Positions 56,692 through 64,000 of a stretch of DNA of 64,000 nucleotides are shown here, one piece after another. The translations under genes and the position numbers were made by a program. The DNA lies in assembly GCF_009914755.1 (NCBI RefSeq), contig NC_060940.1, one strand, 5' to 3'. Below the pieces are notes generated by a model. It did not search any database. It saw only the letters and a list, made by a program, of their open reading frames with translations, and was not told where the DNA came from. Source of the stretch: the human T2T-CHM13v2.0 reference genome, Homo sapiens. Each line of letters begins with the position of its first letter. Position 1 is the first letter of the stretch.

Positions 56692-59600
56692 CAATTCTAT
56701 TTTATTGGATGATTCCATTCGATTCCATTTGATGTTGATTCAATTCGATTCTATTCGATGATGATTCCATTGGATTTCACTTGATGATTCTATTCGATTC
56801 CATTCAATGATGATTCACTTCTCGTCCATTGGATGATTCCATTTCATTCCATTCGATGATGATTCCATTCGATTCCATTCGATGATTCCATTTGATTCCA
56901 TGCGACGGTGAGCAATTCGATTCAATTCCATGAAGATTCTATTTGATTCAATTAGATGATATTTCCATTCGAATCCATTCCATGATTATTCCATTGGAAT
57001 CCATTCGGCGATGATTCCATATGAGTCAATTCAATGATGATTCCATATGGGTCCGTTCGATGATAATTCCATTTGATTTCATTCGATGCTTCTATTCTAT
57101 TCCAGTCGATGATGATTCCGTTGGAGTCCATACGATGATTCCATTTGATTTCATTTGATGATGATTCCATTCGATGATGATTACATTGGATTCCATTCTA
57201 TGATTCCATTCAATTCCATTCGTTGATGATTCGATTCCATTCAATGATGATTCCATTTGAGTTCATTCGATGATTCTATTCGATTCCGTTCGATGGTGAT
57301 TCAATTCTCTTATATTGGATGATTCCAGTCGATTCCATTTGATGATTATTCCATTGGAGTCCACTTAGTGAATCCTTTGGATTCTACTCGACGATGATTC
57401 CATTCGAGTCCATTCGATGATACCATTCAATTCCATTCGTTGATGCTTCCATTCAAGTGCATTCGATGATATCATTCGATTCCATTTGATGATAATTCCA
57501 TTTGATTCCATGCGATGATTCTATTCGATTCCATTCAATGATAATTCCATTCAATTCAGTGATTCCTCTGGACTCCATTTGATGATGATTCCATTCAATG
57601 ATTCCATTCGATTCTATTCGAAAATGATTCCATTTGAATCCATTTGATGATGATTCCATTAGATTCCATTTGATGATTCCATTCGATTCCATTCGACGAT
57701 GATTCCATTCGATTCCGTTTGATGATTCCATTCTATTCTATTCGATGATGATTCCATTCGATTCCATTCGATGATGATTGGATTCGATTCCATTTGATGA
57801 TTTCATTTGATTCCATTCGTTAATGATTTCGATCAATTCCATTCGATGATTCCATTCGATTCCATTCGATAATGATTACATCCGAGTCCATTCGATGATT
57901 CCATTGGAGCCTGTTCGATAATTCCATTTGAGTCCAACCAATGATTCCATTCATTTCCATTCAATGATTCCATTCGAGTCCATTTGATCATTCCGGTAGG
58001 GTCCATTCGATGTTGATTCCATTGGAGTGCATTCGATGATTCCATTCGAGTCCATTTTAGGATTTGATTCGAGTCCTTTCGATGATTCCATTCGATTCCA
58101 CTCGATGATGATTTCATTCGAGTCCATTCGACACTTCCAATCGATTCCATTTGATGATTCCATTCGAGTCCAATTGATGATTCCATTCAATTCCATTCGA
58201 TGATGATTCCGTACGATTCCATTCTGTGATGATTCCATGTGATTGCATTCAATGATGATTCCTTTCGATTGCATTCGATTATGATTCATTTCGTGTTCAT
58301 TCTATGGTTCCACAGGTTTCCATTCGTGTCCATTCCATTATTCCATTCTATTCCATTTGATGATGATTCCATTCGATTCCATTCATTGGTGATTCCACTC
58401 AATTCCATTCAATGATTCCATTCCATTTCTTTCAACAATGATTCCATTAGTTTCTAATCGATGATCCACTTGATTCCATTTGACGACGATTCCATTCTTG
58501 TCCATTCGATGATTCCATTTGATTCCATATGATGATGATTCCATTCGATTCCATACCATGATGATTCCATTCGAGTCCATTCAATGGTGATTCCATTCAA
58601 TTCCATTCGATGATTCCTTTCGATTCCATTCGATGATGATGGCATTCGATTCCTTTCAATCATTCCCTTTGATTCCATTCAAAGGTGATTTCATTCAAGT
58701 CCATTCGATAATTGCATTCGATTCCATTCTATGATGATTCCATTCGAGTCCATTTGATGATTCCATTCAATTCAAGTCAATGATGATTCCATTCGATTCC
58801 ATACGATGATTCCATTGGATTCCATTCGATGATGATTCCATTCAAATCCATTCGATAATTCAATTCAAGTCCATTCGATGATGATTCCAATCGAATCCAT
58901 TCAAAGATTCCATTCAGTTCCATTCGATGATTCCCTTAGATTCCATTCGATGATTCCACTTGATTGCATTTACGATGATTCCATTCGATTCCATGTGATG
59001 ATTCCATTCAATTCTATTCAATGATGTCTCCATTTGATTCCATTCGACCATGATTGCCTTTGATTCCATTCAATGATTCCATTCGGTTCCGTTTGATGAT
59101 GATTCCGTTCGATTCCATTTGATGATTCCATTTGATTCCATTGGATGAGTCCATTCGATTACATTCGATGATTATTCCATTCGAGTGCATTAGATGATTC
59201 CATTCGAGTCCATTCGATGATTCCATTCGATTCCATTCGATGTTGATTCTGTTCAAATCCATTCGATGATTCCACTCGATTCCATTCGTTGACTCCATTT
59301 GATCCCATTCGATGATTTCCTTTGATTCCCTTTGATGATCATTCCATTTGATTCAATTCGGTGATTTCATTTGATTCCATTCAGTGATGTTTCCATTCGA
59401 CTCCATTCGATGATGATTCCATTCGACTCCATTCGATTATGATTTCATTCAATTCCATTCGATAATGATTCCCTTCGAGTCCATTCGATGATTCCATTCG
59501 ATTCCATTCAACGATGATTTGATTCGTGTCCATTCGATGATTCCATTTGATTCCACTTGATGATGATTCCATTCGAGTCCATTTGATGATTCCATTCAAT

Positions 59601-62600
59601 TCCATACTCCGATGATTTCTTTTGAGCCCACTCAATGCTTCCACTCGATTCCATATGATGATGACTCCATTCGATGAAATTCGATGATGATTCCATTCGC
59701 TTGCTTTCGATGATGATTCCACTTGAGTCCGTTAGAAGATTCTATTCAATTACATTCCAGGACGATTCCGTTCGAGTCCATTTGATGATTCCATTAGACT
59801 CCATTCGACGATGATTCCATTCGATGTTATTCGATGATTCCATTCGATCTCATTCGATGATGATTCCATTCAACTCCATTCGATGTTTCCATTCGAGTTC
59901 ATTCTATTATTCCATTAGATTCCATTCGATGATGATTCCATTCGATTCCATTTGATGATTGCATTCTATTTCATTTGATGATGATTCCATTCGAGTCCAC
60001 TCGATGATTCCATTCGAGTCCATTTAATGAATCCATTGGTTTCAATTCTATGATGATTACATTGGATTCCATTCGTTGATGATTTCATTCGGTTCCATTC
60101 AATGATGATTCCATTCAATTCCTTTCAATGTTTCCATTCAATTCCATACGATGATGATTCCATTTGATTTGATTCGACAGTGAGCCATTCGATTCAATTC
60201 CATGATGATTCTATTTGATTCAATTGGTGGACATTTCCATTCGATTCCATTCGATGATGATTCCCTTTGATTCCGTTCAAAGATGATTCCATTCTAGCCC
60301 ATTCAATCATTCCATTCGATTCTATTCAATGATGATTCCATTCATGTCGATTTGGTGATTCCATTTGACTTCATTTGATGATGATTCCTTTCAAGTTCAT
60401 TAGATGATTCCATTCGATTCCATTTGATGATGATCCCATTCGAGTCCATTCAGTGATTCCATTCGTTTCCATTCCATGATGATTCCATTCCTTTCCATTC
60501 AATGATTCCATTCGATTCCGTTTGATGATGATTTCATTCGAGTCCATTTGATGATTCCATTTGATTCCATTCGATGATGATTCCATTCGAGTCCATTCGA
60601 TGATTCTATTCGAATCCATTTGATGATTTCTTTTGATTATATTTGGTGATGATTCCATTGGAGTCCATTCAATGATTCCATTCGATTCCAATCGATGATG
60701 ATTCCATTAGAGTCCGTTTAATGTTTCCATTTGATTCCAGTCTCTGATGATTACATTCGAGTCCATACGATGATTCCACTCAATTCCATATGATGATGAT
60801 TCCATTTGATTCCATTCGGTGATTCCATTCTATTCTATTCAATGGTGATTCCATTCGAGTACATTAGATGATTCCATTCGATTCCATTCAATGATGATTC
60901 TATTTGTGTCCCTTAGATGATTCCACATGATTCCATTAGATGATGATACTATTTGAGCCCATCCAATGATTCCCTTCGATTCCATTCGATGAGGATTCCA
61001 TTCGATTCAATTCATTGGTGATTCTATTCAATTCAAATCTTTGATTTCATTCCATTCCATTCGACAATGATTCCATTCGATTTCTTTCGATGATTCCACT
61101 CGATTCCACTTGACATTGATTCCATTCGATTCCATTCAATGATTCCATTTGATTCCAGTGGATGATGATTGCCATCGATTCCATTCGATCACTCCATTCT
61201 ATTCCATTTGATGATGATTACATTCGATTCCATTTGATGATTCCATCTGATTCTATTCGAGGATTCCATTTGATTCCATTCGATGATGATTCCATTCGAG
61301 TCCATTCGATGATTTCATTCGAGTACATCCAATGATTCCATTCGAGTCCATTAGATGATTCCATTTGATTCCATTTGAAAATGATTCTACTAGAGTCCAT
61401 TCAATGACTCCATTCGAGTCCATTCAACAATTCCATTCGACTCCATTCGATGATTCCATTCGATTCCATTTGATGGTTCCATTCGAGTCCATTTAATCAT
61501 TACAGTCGAGTCCATTTGGTGATTCCACTGGATTTCTTTTGATAATGATACCATTCAATTACATTTGATGATGATCCCATTCGATTTCATTTGATGATGA
61601 TTCCATTAGAGTCCATTCGATGATTTCATTCGAGTCCCTTCATTGATTCCATCCGATTTCATTGGATGATGACTCCATTCGAGTCCATTCGATGATTCCA
61701 CTCGATTCCATTAGATGATTCCATTGGAGTCCATTTGATTGTTCCATTCGATTCCATTCGATTCCTTTCGAAGATTATTCCATTTGAGTCCATTCGATGA
61801 TGATTCCATTCCATTCCATTCGATGATTCCGTTTGATTCCATTCGATGATTCCCTTCGATTCCTTTCTTTGATGATTCCATTCCACTCCATTCAATGATT
61901 CCATTCGAATCTATTCCATGATGATTCCTTTCGATTCCATTCGCTGATGTTTCCGTTCAATTCCATTCGATGATGATTCCATTCGATTCCATTCATTGAG
62001 GATTCCATTTGATTCCATTCAATGATGATTCCATTCTATTCCATTCAATGATTGCATTCAATTCCATTCAATGATTATCCCATTAGAGTAAACTCAACGA
62101 TTCCATTCAATACCATTCGATGATGATTCCTTTTGAGTCCATTCAATGATTTCATTCAAGTCCATTTGATGATTCCTTTCAATTCCATTCTATGATGATT
62201 CCATTCGAGTCCATTCGATGATTCCATTCGATTGCATTCGATGATTCCATTATATTCCATTCAACGGTGATTCCATTCGAGTCCATTCGATGATTCCATT
62301 AGAGTATATTTAATGATTGCTTTGTTTTCAATTCGAAGATGATTACATTGGATTCCATTCTATGATACCATTCGATTCCATTCAATGATGATTCCACTCA
62401 AATCCATTGGATGATTCCATTCGTGTCCATTCGGTGATTTCATTAGATTCCATTCGAGGATGATTCCATTCGATTCCATTCGATGATTCCATTCAATTCC
62501 ATTCGATGATGATTCCATTCCAGTCCATATGATCATTCCATTTGATTTCATTCGATGATGATTCCATTCGATTCCATTCGATGATTCCATTCTATTCCAT

Positions 62601-62803
62601 TCGATGATGATTCCATTCGAGTCCATTCGATGATTCCATTCGAGTCCATTTAATGATTCCATTGGGTTCAATTCAATGATGATTACATTGGATTCCGTTC
62701 TATGATTCCATTCAATTCCGTTCATTGACAATTTGATTCCATTCGGTGATGATTCCATTTGAGTTCATTCGATGATTCTATTCGATTCTCTTCGATGGTG
62801 ATT
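56692..62803 (+). repeat. Higher-order unit U10 (6112 bp)
   Basis: Anchor at 56692 and 62804; ORF offset 57453->63565. Confidence 0.95.
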
Positions 62804-64000
62804 CAATTCTATTATATTGGATGATTCCATTCGATTCCATTTGATGTTGATTCAATTCGATTCTATTCGATGATGATTCCATTGGATTTCACTTGATGAT
62901 TCTATTCGATTCCATTCAATGATGATTCACTTCTCGTCCATTGGATGATTCCATTTCATTCCATTCGATGATGATTCCATTCGATTCCATTCGATGATTC
63001 CATTTGATTCCATGCGACGGTGAGCAATTCGATTCAATTCCATGATGATTCTATTTGATTCAATTAGATGATGTTTCCATTCGAATCCATTCCATGATTA
63101 TTCCATTGGAATCCATTCGGCGATGATTCCATATGAGTCAATTCAATGATGATTCCATATGGGTCTGTTCGATGATAATTCCATTTGATTTCATTCGATG
63201 CTTCTATTCTATTCCAGTCGATGATGATTCCGTTGGAGTCCATACGATGATTCCATTTGATTTCATTTGATGATGATTCCATTCGATGATGATTACATTG
63301 GATTTCATTCTATGATTCCATTCAATTCCATACGTTGATGATTCGATTCCATTCAATGATGATTCCATTTGAGTTCATTCGATGATTCTATTCGATTCCG
63401 TTCGATGGTGATTCAATTCTCTTATATTGGATGATTCCAGTCGATTCCATTTGATGATTATTCCATTGGAGTCCACTTAGTGAATCCTTTGGATTCTACT
63501 CGACGATGATTCCATTCGAGTCCATTCGATGATACCATTCAATTCCATTCGTTGATGCTTCCATTCAAGTGCATTCGATGATATCATTCGATTCCATTTG
63601 ATGATAATTCCATTTGATTCCATGCGATGATTCTATTCGATTCCATTCAATGATAATTCCATTCAATTCAGTGATTCCTCTGGACTCCATTTGATGATGA
63701 TTCCATTCAATGATTCCATTCGATTCTATTCGAAAATGATTCCATTTGAATCCATTTGATGATGATTCCATTAGATTCCATTTGATGATTCCATTCGATT
63801 CCATTCGACGATGATTCCATTCGATTCCGTTTGATGATTCCATTCTATTCTATTCGATGATGATTCCATTCGATTCCATTCGATGATGATTGGATTCGAT
63901 TCCATTTGATGATTTCATTTGATTCCATTCGTTAATGATTTCGATCAATTCCATTCGATGATTCCATTCGATTCCATTCGATAATGATTACATCCGAGTC
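62804..64000 (+). repeat. Higher-order unit U11, partial (cut by window end)
   Basis: Anchor at 62804; colinear with U1 1-1197. Confidence 0.93.

Larger units (their letters stand above)
1..64000 (+). repeat. Human Satellite 2 (HSat2/HSATII) array, probably the ~6.1-kb-unit HSat2B type of chr16 pericentromeric heterochromatin; CATTC strand is +
   Basis: Continuous degenerate CATTC repeats with the HSat2 words CATTCGATTC, CATTCGAGTC and GATGATGATTCC, and very frequent TCGA. Long perfect (CATTC)n runs of the HSat3 type are absent. No non-satellite insertion seen. The family call is secure; the chr16/HSat2B assignment rests on the unit length recalled from the literature. Confidence 0.97.

Noticed and set aside
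762-63843. About 150 short ORFs (60-132 aa) as protein-coding genes or a repeated operon
   Set aside because: They are low-complexity translations of the satellite with the same words in several frames, no recognisable domains, and gain or loss by single SNPs. Their recurrence only mirrors the 6112-bp period.
1-64000. CRISPR-like array of short repeats
   Set aside because: There is no constant repeat alternating with unique spacers; intervening sequence is itself CATTC-derived. No cas genes or leader are present.
1-64000. HSat3, alpha satellite or telomeric repeat identity
   Set aside because: CATTCGATTC/GATGAT 23-26-bp words dominate and perfect (CATTC)n runs are short. No 171-bp monomers, CENP-B boxes or TTAGGG arrays were seen.
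1-64000. Inversion, strand switch or embedded L1/Alu
   Set aside because: The CATTC orientation holds throughout, and every unit length is fully explained by the indels listed, leaving no room for an insertion.
1-64000. A novel multi-gene biological system
   Set aside because: Nothing in the sequence supports one. All observed structure is explained by satellite amplification, slippage, unequal exchange and conversion.

Overview
The whole 64 kb window is one uninterrupted, single-orientation array of classical Human Satellite 2 (HSat2/HSATII). It is built from degenerate CATTC pentamers in the typical 23/26-bp pattern (CATTCGATTCCATTCGATGAT(GAT)TC, with CATTCGAGTC variants). Above that level it forms a near-identical ~6.11-kb higher-order tandem unit: 10 complete units plus a partial one, of lengths 6112, 6112, 6109, 6150, 6109, 6112, 6112, 7763, 6112, 6112 and 1197 (partial). 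From my recall of the literature, a ~6.1-kb HSat2 unit is characteristic of the HSat2B array in human chr16 pericentromeric heterochromatin (16q11.2). That chromosome assignment is not verified here. I see no credible genes, RNA genes, transposons or CRISPR. All listed ORFs are translation artefacts of the satellite. I found no evidence for a new gene system. The notable content is structural: a 1651-bp internal tandem duplication with a 15-bp microhomology junction and non-identical copies, a 49-bp duplication, small in-register indels, SNP-defined blocks recording one-unit and two-unit duplications plus apparent gene conversion, and older internal duplications inside the unit. All variant calls were made by eye and are not exhaustive.
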